Source: Escherichia phage vB_EcoS_fPoEco01. Taken from it: a stretch of DNA of 44,391 nt. A program made the translations under genes and the position numbers. The notes under the pieces are model-generated. The model was not told the DNA's origin, ran no database searches, and saw only the letters and a list, made by a program, of their open reading frames with translations. The stretch lies in sequence record NC_073317.1, one strand, 5' to 3'. Of this stretch, positions 34,127 to 42,645 are shown one piece after another. Every line of letters begins with the position of its first letter. Within the stretch, counting starts at the first letter, position 1.

Positions 34127-36394
34127 CTATTCCAAATCTTCCTCTGTCACTACCAGCATTTCATTCGGTTCGTATATTGTCTTCGGAATCTTGTTATCCG
34201 TTATCCTGGTGTTAAGTCTGTAACGGCCAGGGATTATCTGGTTGTTTTCGTCAGTCCCTGGCACAAGATACCCGGCCTCAACCATTTTCTTAATCTTCCC
34301 ACGTTCTATGGCTTCTTTGGAGTTGAACGCCTTTGCGTTAGGGTCGGACTGTGCGAGCTTATTCGCCGCGGCTACCGTGATGCCCTCGTTGCCGTTGTAG
34401 GTTCCTTCCGCCAGTTCAAACGCCGCCAGTATCGTGGCCTCAGAACTGTTGACAGCATTCTCTACAGTTTTGCGTACGTTTTCTTTACCTTCCTTTGTCA
34501 GCCCTTCTTCCCGCTCTTTCTCCTCGTCAGTTTTGAATGGCTCGAAACCCCACGGCATCAGCACAAGCGCCTTGTGTGGCTCAGGAAGGTCGAGGTTTAC
34601 GATTGTGCCGTACTCCTCTGTGCTACCGATAAACTCAACCGCACGGTATTCTTTCGGCGGCGGGGCTTCACGGAACTGTACAGACTCCAGCACCATACCA
34701 ACCGTCTTCTGTTGAGGTCCGTGCTTAAATTTAGAGTGGTATACATTTATCTGACGGTCGGTTGCGCGTTCAATTGTCAGTTCCACATCGACGCCCGCAT
34801 ACAGCGCCCCACTACCACGGGCCTTCTTTCCACCCTTCGGGGTATGGTGGACGACGCCTACCGCGGCTTTAGTTGTGTCGCGTACTTCTTTCATGATTGC
34901 GATAACTTTACCCATACCGATTGCCGTTGATGAACTGTTCTCGTCGAACTTATCGATCGTCAGGGCCAGCGTCTGGTTGAGGGTGTCAAACGCAACCATG
35001 CCAATAGGTTCATCCCCCGCAGTTTCACGCATCAACTTAATCAGGTTTTTCAGTTTGCCGACTTCACCCATGTCGATGACATGTACATAATCTTTACCTT
35101 CTTCGCCGTATTTAGCCGCGAGTGCATCGATACGTGTACGTGTAGCCGCACCACCTTCACCATCAATATAGAAGTGATGGCAACGCTGGGTATCCGCCCC
35201 GGCAAACCGGTATCCGGAGGCACTCAGGTACATCATACCCAGTGTATAGAACGATTTATACGTGCCGGATTCCCCGACAATATCCCAGATGCAATCCGAC
35301 GGCATGTACCCTTCAACGACGAAATCAGCCTTTACCGGTTCCGGTAGCTCATCCTCTTCTGAGTCCTCGTCGTCTTCCAGGTCGTCCAGGCTGCATGAAA
35401 CTGATTCACGCGCACCCCAACCGATAGCCTCAGCCACTTTACTGAACGGCAGCCCGGTCGCGTCGCACGCATACTTCCACACCTCTTTTGGCGACATGCC
35501 TTCGGTTGCCGTAATGTCGGTGTCGTGAATCATGGTTACGTTCGGCGCTTCGTACCCTTCACGCGGGAAGCACAGCAGGAAGTCATCCGGACGCGGCGTC
35601 GGGTCGCTGTAGTTTTCTGCGTGTTCTGGCGTAGCTGGCATTTTCAGGCCGCGCGGTGTCATGATACCGCCGTACTCGAATGCCAGTGCTTCAAACGCAT
35701 CAGTAAACGCGGTGCGCAGTTCTTCCGGTATCTGGTAATCCGATGCGCTGCTCACCTCATAATCCGGGATGCCTTCCAGCAGACGGTCAGGGTCAATAAG
35801 GTCATTGCGGCGTGACCAGACGACCTCTGAGTTAACCGGCGGCAGGTACATAGGCTGGGACAGAGTGAACCCGCTGTGGTCGGCGCCCATGCCTTTGAAG
35901 AAGTGCTCCAGCAATCCATGACGGACGCGGATGATGTCACCACCTTCAACCGGACGAGCCAGCGGCATGACGACACGAAAGCGCGGCGACTCATCAATAT
36001 GTGACGCCGTGGTATAGAGGCACATGGCTTTACGGCTGCGCTTAACCCGGCGCACCGCTTCCTGGTACTCTTCCGGCGTTGCGCTGTCGAAGTCCAGATA
36101 CGCCAGCGACGATTTGCCTACAGACGCGTCACAGCGATAAAAGAAGCCTTTACGGGCCTGCTTAAAGTCACCTGTTTCCGGGTCTTTTACGGTGCTGTGT
36201 ATAGAATCGCACGCGGCAGTGATATAACCTGGCGCGGTCTTAGGGTTAATCCCGTCACGAACAGCATCAAGCGGCTGAATTAACTCTTTCAGGTCATCCA
36301 GTGTTGCCGTATGTGTGGTTCTGACGTTTATATCCTTTTTCTCCGCCCGCGCGTTGCGACGGGACCACGAGTAGGATAAAATTACATCGGACAT
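34127..36394 (-). CDS. primase-helicase-like replication protein (N-terminal primase-like region, C-terminal RecA-fold ATPase)
   Basis: 755 aa; Walker A GESGTYKS and Walker B-like IGMVAFD in C-terminal half; SD AAGGAAA. Confidence 0.5.
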   Translation of the reverse strand: MSDVILSYSWSRRNARAEKKDINVRTTHTATLDDLKELIQPLDAVRDGINPKTAPGYITAACDSIHSTVKDPETGDFKQARKGFFYRCDASVGKSSLAYLDFDSATPEEYQEAVRRVKRSRKAMCLYTTASHIDESPRFRVVMPLARPVEGGDIIRVRHGLLEHFFKGMGADHSGFTLSQPMYLPPVNSEVVWSRRNDLIDPDRLLEGIPDYEVSSASDYQIPEELRTAFTDAFEALAFEYGGIMTPRGLKMPATPEHAENYSDPTPRPDDFLLCFPREGYEAPNVTMIHDTDITATEGMSPKEVWKYACDATGLPFSKVAEAIGWGARESVSCSLDDLEDDEDSEEDELPEPVKADFVVEGYMPSDCIWDIVGESGTYKSFYTLGMMYLSASGYRFAGADTQRCHHFYIDGEGGAATRTRIDALAAKYGEEGKDYVHVIDMGEVGKLKNLIKLMRETAGDEPIGMVAFDTLNQTLALTIDKFDENSSSTAIGMGKVIAIMKEVRDTTKAAVGVVHHTPKGGKKARGSGALYAGVDVELTIERATDRQINVYHSKFKHGPQQKTVGMVLESVQFREAPPPKEYRAVEFIGSTEEYGTIVNLDLPEPHKALVLMPWGFEPFKTDEEKEREEGLTKEGKENVRKTVENAVNSSEATILAAFELAEGTYNGNEGITVAAANKLAQSDPNAKAFNSKEAIERGKIKKMVEAGYLVPGTDENNQIIPGRYRLNTRITDNKIPKTIYEPNEMLVVTEEDLE

Positions 36395-36452
36395 GTTGTA
36401 TTTCCTTCAGCAAGTAATTTAGCCTCGGCGTTCACCGCGTCGGGGCTTTCTT

Positions 36453-36743
36453 TTATCTTTTAGCCAGACATTCCATCAAATGCTCGTACTTACGGTAATA
36501 ATCTACGACAATCTCATCACCGAAATACTGATACACGTACGCTAAGTGGTCAGAGACATCGATGGAAGCCGACATTGTGCTGAGGCTTCTTAGACTAATC
36601 AACTGCAATTCTTCTGTAACGCAAAACGGCGAATATGAGTCCAGTTTACAGGAAACGTTAAAACACAACGCGTATTCACCTTGCACTAAATAAACCATAT
36701 AAGCATTGTCGTTCTCTTTATCGTGGAAAATTACACCTTTCAT
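36453..36743 (-). CDS. hypothetical protein
   Basis: 96 aa; SD GGAGAA; start overlaps upstream stop. Confidence 0.4.
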   Translation of the reverse strand: MKGVIFHDKENDNAYMVYLVQGEYALCFNVSCKLDSYSPFCVTEELQLISLRSLSTMSASIDVSDHLAYVYQYFGDEIVVDYYRKYEHLMECLAKR

Positions 36744-36922
36744 TTCACGTTCTCCTTAATCCACGCTTCAACTTTATTGCGGTCGAATGTCCCTGGTAAA
36801 CGGCGGCCCATAACCTTAATACAGCAATCCGGGAATTTGCCACTGCGCAACCAGTTATTAATTGTCTGACGTGTCACCCCGATACGTTCAGCTACTTCAT
36901 TCTGGGTCATGTAATGCTGCAT
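36740..36922 (-). CDS. small HTH DNA-binding protein (AlpA/excisionase-like)
   Basis: 60 aa from ATG 36922 (SD GGAGAT); MTQNEVAERIGVTRQTINNWLRSGKFP helix-turn-helix. Confidence 0.55.
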   Translation of the reverse strand: MQHYMTQNEVAERIGVTRQTINNWLRSGKFPDCCIKVMGRRLPGTFDRNKVEAWIKENVK

Positions 36923-37029
36923 TTTTATATCTCCTGTTTGTTTAGTGGAACCGAGTATAGGATAGCGGGAATGTAAAAGCAACCAAAACTGAACACAAAG
37001 TTACTAAGATGCAAAAGATGCTACTGGTA

Positions 37030-37058
37030 TTGACTTTTACTTAAAAATATGCTAAGCT
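37030..37058 (+). promoter_or_regulatory. sigma70-like promoter (TTGACT-N17-TGnTAAGCT) driving structured RNA element B
   Basis: TTGACT 37030..37035, TGcTAAGCT 37050..37058; same architecture as 5687..5715. Confidence 0.5.
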
Positions 37059-37173
37059 TCACTGAGCTTGTGAGATATCGCAAGCGACCGCGGAGCGGCA
37101 GGGAACGCAACGCGTGCCATTAGGCACTTGAGTGTAGTTCCGCTGGCGCTTTCGGAAGGGCCAAAGTCTATTG
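37059..37173 (+). ncRNA. candidate structured RNA element B (second copy of element at 5716..5829)
   Basis: See element A; shared core GAGCUUGUGA...CAAGCGACCGCGG...GAGUGUAGUU.CGCUG.CGC.UUCGGAAGGGCCA with compensatory substitutions in two stems. Confidence 0.45.
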
Positions 37174-37338
37174 TTAATCCCGCCTAAATACCCAAGCCAC
37201 TGATAATTAAAAGTTTCTATAGTTGCCGTAAGCAAGGTAGAGAGTACTTCACTCCGCTGGGGTGGGCTAACGCCCACCCACTGCGTTGCGTACTCTTTTA
37301 AGAAACGAAAGAATCACAACGGCAACGTAACTATTTTC

Positions 37339-37367
37339 TTGCACACCCCAACATAATAGGATACTAT
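37339..37367 (+). promoter_or_regulatory. class I promoter (TTGCAC-N17-TACTAT) with AATAG-N4-CTATT palindrome; start of rightward early operon
   Basis: TTGCACACCCCAACATAATAGGATACTATTCAC, 25 nt upstream of the first early ORF. Confidence 0.55.
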
Positions 37368-37392
37368 TCACTTATCGAAACGAGACAGATGA

Positions 37393-37590
37393 GTGAGGGT
37401 TATGTTTAGGAAGGGTCAGTTGGTTAAAGCCGTAGATTATTATTATAGTATTGTTGAAACAGAGTCTGTCGTTTTTCCCGGAACTTATAGGGTGCGTTTT
37501 CTCGTGAAAAGATTAGGTGCGGTAGATTGGTTCCGTGAAGACGAGCTAACACTCATCGGCAACAATTTTAAATTCAAAGGGGCGAAGTGA
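37393..37590 (+). CDS. hypothetical early protein
   Basis: 65 aa (GTG start; ATG at 37402 possible). Confidence 0.4.
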   Translation: MRVMFRKGQLVKAVDYYYSIVETESVVFPGTYRVRFLVKRLGAVDWFREDELTLIGNNFKFKGAK

Positions 37591-37829
37591 TGCAAATCAT
37601 AATTACAGATAACACCGTTACCTATGAAACGGCTAACGATACTCTGGAGAGCATAGGCGTAAATATCGGTGATGTTTTCGATGTACTGGATTCCTGTAAC
37701 GGTGGCTGGTGGATTAAGACGGGAAGATACACAATCCCGGTAACTAAGGCCGAAGCGCAAATATACACAACGGCATCGAATCATGATGCTCGCGCCGACG
37801 ACTCTGAGGGGGTTGCCGTGAATGAATAA
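37590..37829 (+). CDS. hypothetical early protein
   Basis: ATG 37590 overlapping upstream stop (TGATG); SD AAGGGG. Confidence 0.4.
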   Translation: MQIIITDNTVTYETANDTLESIGVNIGDVFDVLDSCNGGWWIKTGRYTIPVTKAEAQIYTTASNHDARADDSEGVAVNE

Positions 37830-38094
37830 CACTGAGCTGAAAACAGTAGCGGAATATAACCATAAAATACGGGTCATGCGTCGGGGTGCCGGGCTGGAGC
37901 AGTTTTATAACATGTGGCGCACTGCGACGCGCGACCCCGAGTTTCTTAGTACCGGGTATTATTTCAATAAAGGCATTATCCCGATTCGTGCCCGCAAGGA
38001 TTACGGTTGGGTGCGCGAGACACCTAATCTTATGTGGTGCTGGTATTGTGGTGAGTTCTGGGTGCACGTTAAAGAGAAGATGGGGGTGGTATGA
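37822..38094 (+). CDS. hypothetical early protein
   Basis: 90 aa; start overlaps upstream gene. Confidence 0.4.
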   Translation: MNNTELKTVAEYNHKIRVMRRGAGLEQFYNMWRTATRDPEFLSTGYYFNKGIIPIRARKDYGWVRETPNLMWCWYCGEFWVHVKEKMGVV

Positions 38095-38282
38095 AAAATT
38101 ATGATGCGACTAAGTTTGACCAGGCGTTATTAATTAACAAGTTCTATGAAAGATACCCTTTGTCTGAGTTTAAAACAGATTCCGAAAGGGCCGAAGCACT
38201 TGGTTATTTTATGGCTGGCGCTGAGTTGCAAAGGCTTGGAGATTTCATAGTGTACCCTGACTTAGAAGATGATGAGGACTAA
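38091..38282 (+). CDS. hypothetical early protein (acidic C-terminus)
   Basis: 63 aa; SD GGGGGTGG; ATGA overlap with upstream stop. Confidence 0.4.
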   Translation: MKNYDATKFDQALLINKFYERYPLSEFKTDSERAEALGYFMAGAELQRLGDFIVYPDLEDDED

Positions 38283-38285
38283 GTT

Positions 38286-38447
38286 ATGAGAGAAGCATTT
38301 GAACGGTGGGCGGTAGTCGAGGGTCTGCCGGTTAACAAGGGTTCAAAGAAAGAGTACCTGAACGTTAAGACGCGTCTCGCGTGGCGGGCGTGGAAAGCTG
38401 GTGCGAATGTAATGGCTGGTGCATTTGAGAAGAGAGGCGATTTATGA
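38286..38447 (+). CDS. hypothetical early protein (53 aa)
   Basis: ATG to TGA ORF filling the gap between track ORFs; stop overlaps the next start; not in track. Confidence 0.3.
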   Translation: MREAFERWAVVEGLPVNKGSKKEYLNVKTRLAWRAWKAGANVMAGAFEKRGDL

Positions 38448-38635
38448 GCAAGTGGGTTAAGTGTAGTGAGCGGATGCCGGAAAAGCTTGATGATGTGCTG
38501 GTTACTGATGGCGAGCATGTCGAGGTTAAATGGTGGAACGGTCGTATTTGGGATTGTTGGGCACCGCGTAACTCAGATATTAGTTACAAAGATGTAACTC
38601 ACTGGATGCCGTTACCCGAGCCGCCGGAAGTGTGA
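38444..38635 (+). CDS. DUF551-like small phage protein
   Basis: 63 aa; WMPLPEPP C-terminal motif recalled from DUF551-type phage proteins. Confidence 0.4.
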   Translation: MSKWVKCSERMPEKLDDVLVTDGEHVEVKWWNGRIWDCWAPRNSDISYKDVTHWMPLPEPPEV

Positions 38636-38791
38636 TGTTATATTGTAACAATAGTTTGGGATTTTACTGAGTGACTTACGCTGCTACACAGCAGCGTATC
38701 ATTTTTCTCATTTTTGTTCTATTTCACCAAACGCAACAATCGAAGCGACTATTGCAGGAGATGCAACAATACAAACACCAATAAAATTTAC

Positions 38792-38820
38792 TTGCACACT
38801 GGGATAGAATAGGCTACTAT
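38792..38820 (+). promoter_or_regulatory. class I promoter (TTGCAC-N17-TACTAT) with AATAG-N4-CTATT palindrome
   Basis: TTGCACACTGGGATAGAATAGGCTACTAT upstream of repeat-containing ORF 38852..39034. Confidence 0.55.
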
Positions 38821-38851
38821 TCATTTACACAAACGAGAGGAGAGGCAGAAT

Positions 38852-39034
38852 ATGGTTACTTTGATGATTATGGAGTTCGAAAACAGCGCTGCAACTTACC
38901 GCGAGATGACTATGGCGCAGGCGTATCACACGGCATCACACGGCATCACACGGCATCACACGGCATCACACGGCATCACACGGCATCACACGGCAACTTC
39001 TACAAGGCGCAAATCATCAACTAGTTCGGGGTAA
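38852..39034 (+). CDS. small ORF containing the 7 x 10-bp tandem repeat (coding status uncertain)
   Basis: 60 aa ORF with conserved leader CGAGAGGAGAGGCAGA; codons 25-48 are entirely tandem repeat, giving HTASHGITRH periodicity. Confidence 0.3.
   Translation: MVTLMIMEFENSAATYREMTMAQAYHTASHGITRHHTASHGITRHHTATSTRRKSSTSSG
38925..38994. repeat. perfect tandem repeat, 7 copies of 10-bp unit ATCACACGGC
   Basis: Seven head-to-tail identical copies read directly from the sequence. Confidence 0.9.
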
Positions 39035-39040
39035 TTGACT

Positions 39041-39313
39041 ATGAATTTTAACAGTTACACCGTTACCGTTGATTTTGAGGGGCTGGAGCTGCCCCTCCCC
39101 AACAACTACCGGTATATAACTCGCGACCGTTTCGGTTTTATCCAGGGATGGAGGAACAAACCGACAGACACTGAGTTCGGGGTGTCTGGCGGCGAAGAGT
39201 TGCCAATCACTTTCGGGCATCAAAGTAGCAACGAAGAACTTAAAACGGTGATTCGTAAGTATCGCCGCCGCGGTAACACTGGGCTTATAGCAATAACAGG
39301 TGCTGTTGAATAA
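39041..39313 (+). CDS. hypothetical early protein
   Basis: About 90 aa from ATG 39041; weak SD. Confidence 0.35.
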   Translation: MNFNSYTVTVDFEGLELPLPNNYRYITRDRFGFIQGWRNKPTDTEFGVSGGEELPITFGHQSSNEELKTVIRKYRRRGNTGLIAITGAVE

Positions 39314-39332
39314 GCGAGAGGAGAGACAGAAG

Positions 39333-39470
39333 ATGGGCTGGTACGGTAGCTGGACTTTAGGCGAACTGGTAGACGCTTACGAAATAATGGGTAGCACTTC
39401 GGTGTGCGACGGCGACACTAAATCGCTGCTAGTCGGTGTGGATGAGAAAAGGGGCAAAGCTGATGAGTAA
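39333..39470 (+). CDS. small hypothetical protein (45 aa)
   Basis: ATG preceded by conserved leader CGAGAGGAGAGACAGA; stop overlaps the next start; not in track. Confidence 0.3.
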   Translation: MGWYGSWTLGELVDAYEIMGSTSVCDGDTKSLLVGVDEKRGKADE

Positions 39471-39987
39471 CAAAAACGAAGTATTCGAGTACCTGATTGG
39501 CCAGTTACGGCAGCAGGTAAATGGCAACCAGTGCGAAGACCTGGCGCACGAGGTGTTGTCACTCAAGAATCAGTTACGTGATGCGTCGGCGCTGGTGGCT
39601 GAGTTACAGAAAGAACTTGATATCGCCAATAGCACCGTCGTTCGTTTGCGTAAAGAGATAGCTAAGTCTACCGGTGACATTGGAGAATACATCGATGCCA
39701 TGGAGCAATCCGGTTGCTGCAAAGAAGATACTCAGTACAACGCCTGGAGGCCTCATTACGGTGCACGACAACCTGTGCCGGATGGGACTATGGTATTTAT
39801 CCGGTATCGCAACGGGGAGGAGCCGAAACACAGTGTAGCAGCAGAAAAGCGGTCGTGGATTTGGGATGGAACATACGCAGACATAGTGGAATACAAGATT
39901 GACACACAGGAATGCGAGCACAATTGGTTATATAGTAAACACAAAAGTGGCTTCGTTTGCTTTAATTGCGGAGCGCGTAAGCCATGA
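39463..39987 (+). CDS. hypothetical protein with coiled-coil N-terminus and C-terminal Cys pairs
   Basis: 174 aa from ATG 39463; CEHNW...CFNCG zinc-ribbon-like ending. Confidence 0.4.
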   Translation: MSNKNEVFEYLIGQLRQQVNGNQCEDLAHEVLSLKNQLRDASALVAELQKELDIANSTVVRLRKEIAKSTGDIGEYIDAMEQSGCCKEDTQYNAWRPHYGARQPVPDGTMVFIRYRNGEEPKHSVAAEKRSWIWDGTYADIVEYKIDTQECEHNWLYSKHKSGFVCFNCGARKP

Positions 39988-40187
39988 CCAGCATCTTATT
40001 TATCTGGGTATTGTCCGCAGGCCAGATGCAACTAGCGGCATCAGAAACGTTTTATTCGATGGAGGCGTGCCAGTCAGCGGCACGCGCCGCAGAGAACGCG
40101 CACTTCCTGTTCCAGGGCGACAAGCCCAACGATTCAGAGGTACGCGCTATCTGCTCACCTAAGCGACTTGGTAAACAGGAGAAGTGA
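39984..40187 (+). CDS. small protein with N-terminal signal-peptide-like segment
   Basis: 67 aa; hydrophobic N-terminus MTSILFIWVLSAGQMQLAA. Confidence 0.35.
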   Translation: MTSILFIWVLSAGQMQLAASETFYSMEACQSAARAAENAHFLFQGDKPNDSEVRAICSPKRLGKQEK

Positions 40188-40189
40188 TT

Positions 40190-40372
40190 ATGGTACAGAG
40201 ATATAGCTACAACCCGATGTTCGGGTTTACTCCTGATGTTGAAGGCGGGTTAGTGCTTTACGAAGATTACGCAAAACTCGAAGCCGAGTTACAGAAATAC
40301 AAAGACCAGTTCCCGGATTACGTCGAGTGCGCGAACTGTGGGTCAGTTACACATGTGGAAGGGGTGGAGTGA
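40190..40372 (+). CDS. hypothetical protein (MVQRY paralog 1)
   Basis: ATG 40190 with SD AGGAGA; N-terminus MVQRY and LYEDYAKLEAEL shared with the next gene. Confidence 0.4.
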   Translation: MVQRYSYNPMFGFTPDVEGGLVLYEDYAKLEAELQKYKDQFPDYVECANCGSVTHVEGVE

Positions 40373-40566
40373 TGGTACAGAGGTATGAGGTGGAAAAATG
40401 GGGCCTGCCAGAGCCTGAGATGGCTGAGTACGCATACGGCGATTATGTAGAATACGACGCTTATCTTAAACTGGAAGCAAAGTTACGTGAATTCGCTGAA
40501 CAGGTAATGTACGAACCTTGTTCGAAAGTTACAGAAGAAATGGCCCGCGAGATTCTCGGAATATGA
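40372..40566 (+). CDS. hypothetical protein (MVQRY paralog 2)
   Basis: ATG 40372 overlapping upstream stop (TGATG); MVQRY...YDAYLKLEAKL. Confidence 0.4.
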   Translation: MVQRYEVEKWGLPEPEMAEYAYGDYVEYDAYLKLEAKLREFAEQVMYEPCSKVTEEMAREILGI

Positions 40567-40856
40567 GCCTCGCAACTGACATCCTGAAACGAAGCGGCCT
40601 TGCGCCGCTGTCGCCGAGAGCTAAAACACAGATATACAAGCGCCGCCGTAACGCGCTGTACCCTGAGATTCAAGCCAGACGCAAAGCAGTCCGCGCCTGC
40701 GGATTCCAGAACGGGAAGGCCGTTAACCTGGGTGAGTTTAAAACACAGGAACGCGCAGCAATCGCTAATCGGTTATTTAATTACTGGAAATCGCTGGGGT
40801 ACGATGATATTCCGACGAAACCGCAGAGACGACAATACATCTGGAGACACAAATAA
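40563..40856 (+). CDS. hypothetical basic protein
   Basis: 97 aa from ATG 40563 (ATGA overlap with upstream stop). Confidence 0.35.
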   Translation: MSLATDILKRSGLAPLSPRAKTQIYKRRRNALYPEIQARRKAVRACGFQNGKAVNLGEFKTQERAAIANRLFNYWKSLGYDDIPTKPQRRQYIWRHK

Positions 40857-40931
40857 ACCGTTATTAGGATAATTCCTACTCGTGGTATCCTCCAGTTACT
40901 GCATACTTAATACGCACCTGGAGGATTCATC

Positions 40932-41240
40932 TTGGATAAATTTACTGAAACAGTGACTGGCTGGCTTCTGGCCGCCGCACTCGCCGGAGGAGTCATCGGA
41001 CTACGACAACATAAGTCCGTTATTTCTGGCCCTATCGACGGCTTCTGCTTTATTGCAACTGGCTTCACTTGCGCCGTATTTGGTGCACCTCTCGCCGCCC
41101 AATGGTTCGGTATCACCGGCGAGCGCGAGATAGCTGGCCTCGGATTCATTATCGCTATTCTCTGGATGCCCTTCTATTCCCGCCTCTCCGGTATCGTCGC
41201 CGGAGAATACATCGCACGTCGAGGAGGCCCGGGTGAATGA
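40932..41240 (+). CDS. holin (putative, about 3 TM segments)
   Basis: 102 aa hydrophobic protein immediately upstream of endolysin; TTG start with strong SD GGAGGA. Confidence 0.5.
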   Translation: MDKFTETVTGWLLAAALAGGVIGLRQHKSVISGPIDGFCFIATGFTCAVFGAPLAAQWFGITGEREIAGLGFIIAILWMPFYSRLSGIVAGEYIARRGGPGE

Positions 41241-41505
41241 GTTATTCTGGTTCGGTGGTATGCTGGCAATCGGGGGTACATCGCTGTTTAATGTGTATCA
41301 TCCCAGCGTGGACGACGGGCTGTTCGGCCGGGTGCTCTATATCCTGACCACCATCGTTTGCGCCGCCGGATGTATCCACCTGTTACAGGGCAGCATGTCA
41401 CCTACACTGCCTGAGACATTAATCACATTAGTTGCGCTGCGCCAGATTCGTCAGGCGTGGCTGTCATATGGGGGGTATAAGCGTGTCTCGAAACATCTCA
41501 GATAA
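41233..41505 (+). CDS. membrane protein (second holin / antiholin candidate)
   Basis: 90 aa, two hydrophobic segments; GTG start with SD GAGGAGG; between holin and endolysin. Confidence 0.4.
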   Translation: MNELFWFGGMLAIGGTSLFNVYHPSVDDGLFGRVLYILTTIVCAAGCIHLLQGSMSPTLPETLITLVALRQIRQAWLSYGGYKRVSKHLR

Positions 41506-41971
41506 TGGCTTGCATTTCACCGCCGCGTTCGAGGGATTCCGCGGAACTGCGTATCGTGCTACGCCGAACGAGAAGTACCTGACGATAGGCTACGGCCATT
41601 ACGGGCCGGATGTAACCCCAGGTAAGACCATCACACCGGGGCAAGGCCTCCTGCTACTTAATCGTGATATGGCTAAGGCCGTAGCTGCGGCGTCAACCGC
41701 AGCGCACCATTCGCTTACACAGGCACAGTTCGACGCAGTATGCGACCTGGTGTACAACGCAGGTGCTGGCGTTATTGCGGCTACTACAGGAACCGGTAAG
41801 GCTCTGCGTTCTGGTGATATTGCGACGCTACGGGCTAAACTGGCGCTGTTTATCAACCAGAACGGCAAACCGCTACTCGGCTTGCGTCGCCGTACTGCGG
41901 GCCGTCTGGCCCTGTTCGACGGCAAACCGTGGCAGGAGGCAGAGGCTATCGGGCGCGCGGTGAAAGGTTGA
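41468..41971 (+). CDS. endolysin, GH24 phage lysozyme-like
   Basis: FEGFRGTAYRATPNEKYLTIGYGHYG matches the catalytic E...D...T region of T4/lambda-type lysozymes; start codon uncertain (ATG 41468 used). Confidence 0.65.
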   Translation: MGGISVSRNISDNGLHFTAAFEGFRGTAYRATPNEKYLTIGYGHYGPDVTPGKTITPGQGLLLLNRDMAKAVAAASTAAHHSLTQAQFDAVCDLVYNAGAGVIAATTGTGKALRSGDIATLRAKLALFINQNGKPLLGLRRRTAGRLALFDGKPWQEAEAIGRAVKG

Positions 41972-42035
41972 CACCTGAGACTAATCCGACGATACTTAAA
42001 TCACCTCCTGTTCCATCCCTCTGCTCTCCAGTTTT

Positions 42036-42069
42036 ATCCCGGCCCTGACCCAGCCGGGATTTTTTTTTT
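42036..42069 (+). terminator. rho-independent terminator after lysis cassette
   Basis: ATCCCGGC-cctgaccca-GCCGGGAT followed by a run of nine T. Confidence 0.65.
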
Positions 42070-42091
42070 ATCTATTTTCTGCAATGACTAG

Positions 42092-42120
42092 TTGACTATT
42101 AACATCGACCCTATTATATT
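42092..42120 (+). promoter_or_regulatory. sigma70-like promoter (TTGACT-N17-TATATT)
   Basis: Immediately after terminator and upstream of conserved leader CGAGAGGAGAGGCAGA and ATG 42153. Confidence 0.45.
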
Positions 42121-42152
42121 TACTCCATCGACAACGAGAGGAGAGGCAGAGA

Positions 42153-42341
42153 ATGGTGACCAAGATTAAGCATACCGATAATTGGGGCGATTTCCTGGAG
42201 ATATATAAGTGCAGGGACGGGTCATTACTTATAACTTGTACCGACGGTGCTATCGACGAATCAGCTAATGTTAATATGAGCCTGGATGATTTTATTATCA
42301 TTGTTGGGCAAGTGGCGGCTTTTTACGGAGATGATAAATGA
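42153..42341 (+). CDS. hypothetical protein
   Basis: 62 aa; conserved leader/SD. Confidence 0.4.
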   Translation: MVTKIKHTDNWGDFLEIYKCRDGSLLITCTDGAIDESANVNMSLDDFIIIVGQVAAFYGDDK

Positions 42342-42487
42342 AAATCACAGATATCGAAGCATTCGAAGACGCGCAACTGATGGCACGTATCGCTGTCAGT
42401 AACCTGAGCACTACTGTACCAGCGGACGCGTTCTGGTTCGCCGCGATGCAGACACTGAAAGCAGCTTATGCAGGAGAGAAGAAATGA
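42338..42487 (+). CDS. small hypothetical protein (49 aa)
   Basis: ATGA overlap with upstream stop; not in track. Confidence 0.3.
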   Translation: MKITDIEAFEDAQLMARIAVSNLSTTVPADAFWFAAMQTLKAAYAGEKK

Positions 42488-42645
42488 GCGAACAAGGTCA
42501 AGTAAGCCAACCATTACGAGTAGGCCGTAAAGTCAGTCACACACCGTTCCCGACACGCGAGGAACTGATGAAACGTAACAGTTTCCCCGGGCCGGACAAG
42601 AACAAGTATCTCAATCGCATGTGGGGAGAGCGTAAAAATGACTGA
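42484..42645 (+). CDS. small hypothetical protein (53 aa)
   Basis: ATGA overlap with upstream stop; not in track. Confidence 0.3.
   Translation: MSEQGQVSQPLRVGRKVSHTPFPTREELMKRNSFPGPDKNKYLNRMWGERKND

Noticed and set aside
38925-38994. CRISPR array or anti-CRISPR repeat mimic
   Set aside because: Units are 10 bp, perfectly contiguous with no spacers; no CRISPR-like repeat length or repeat-spacer organisation.
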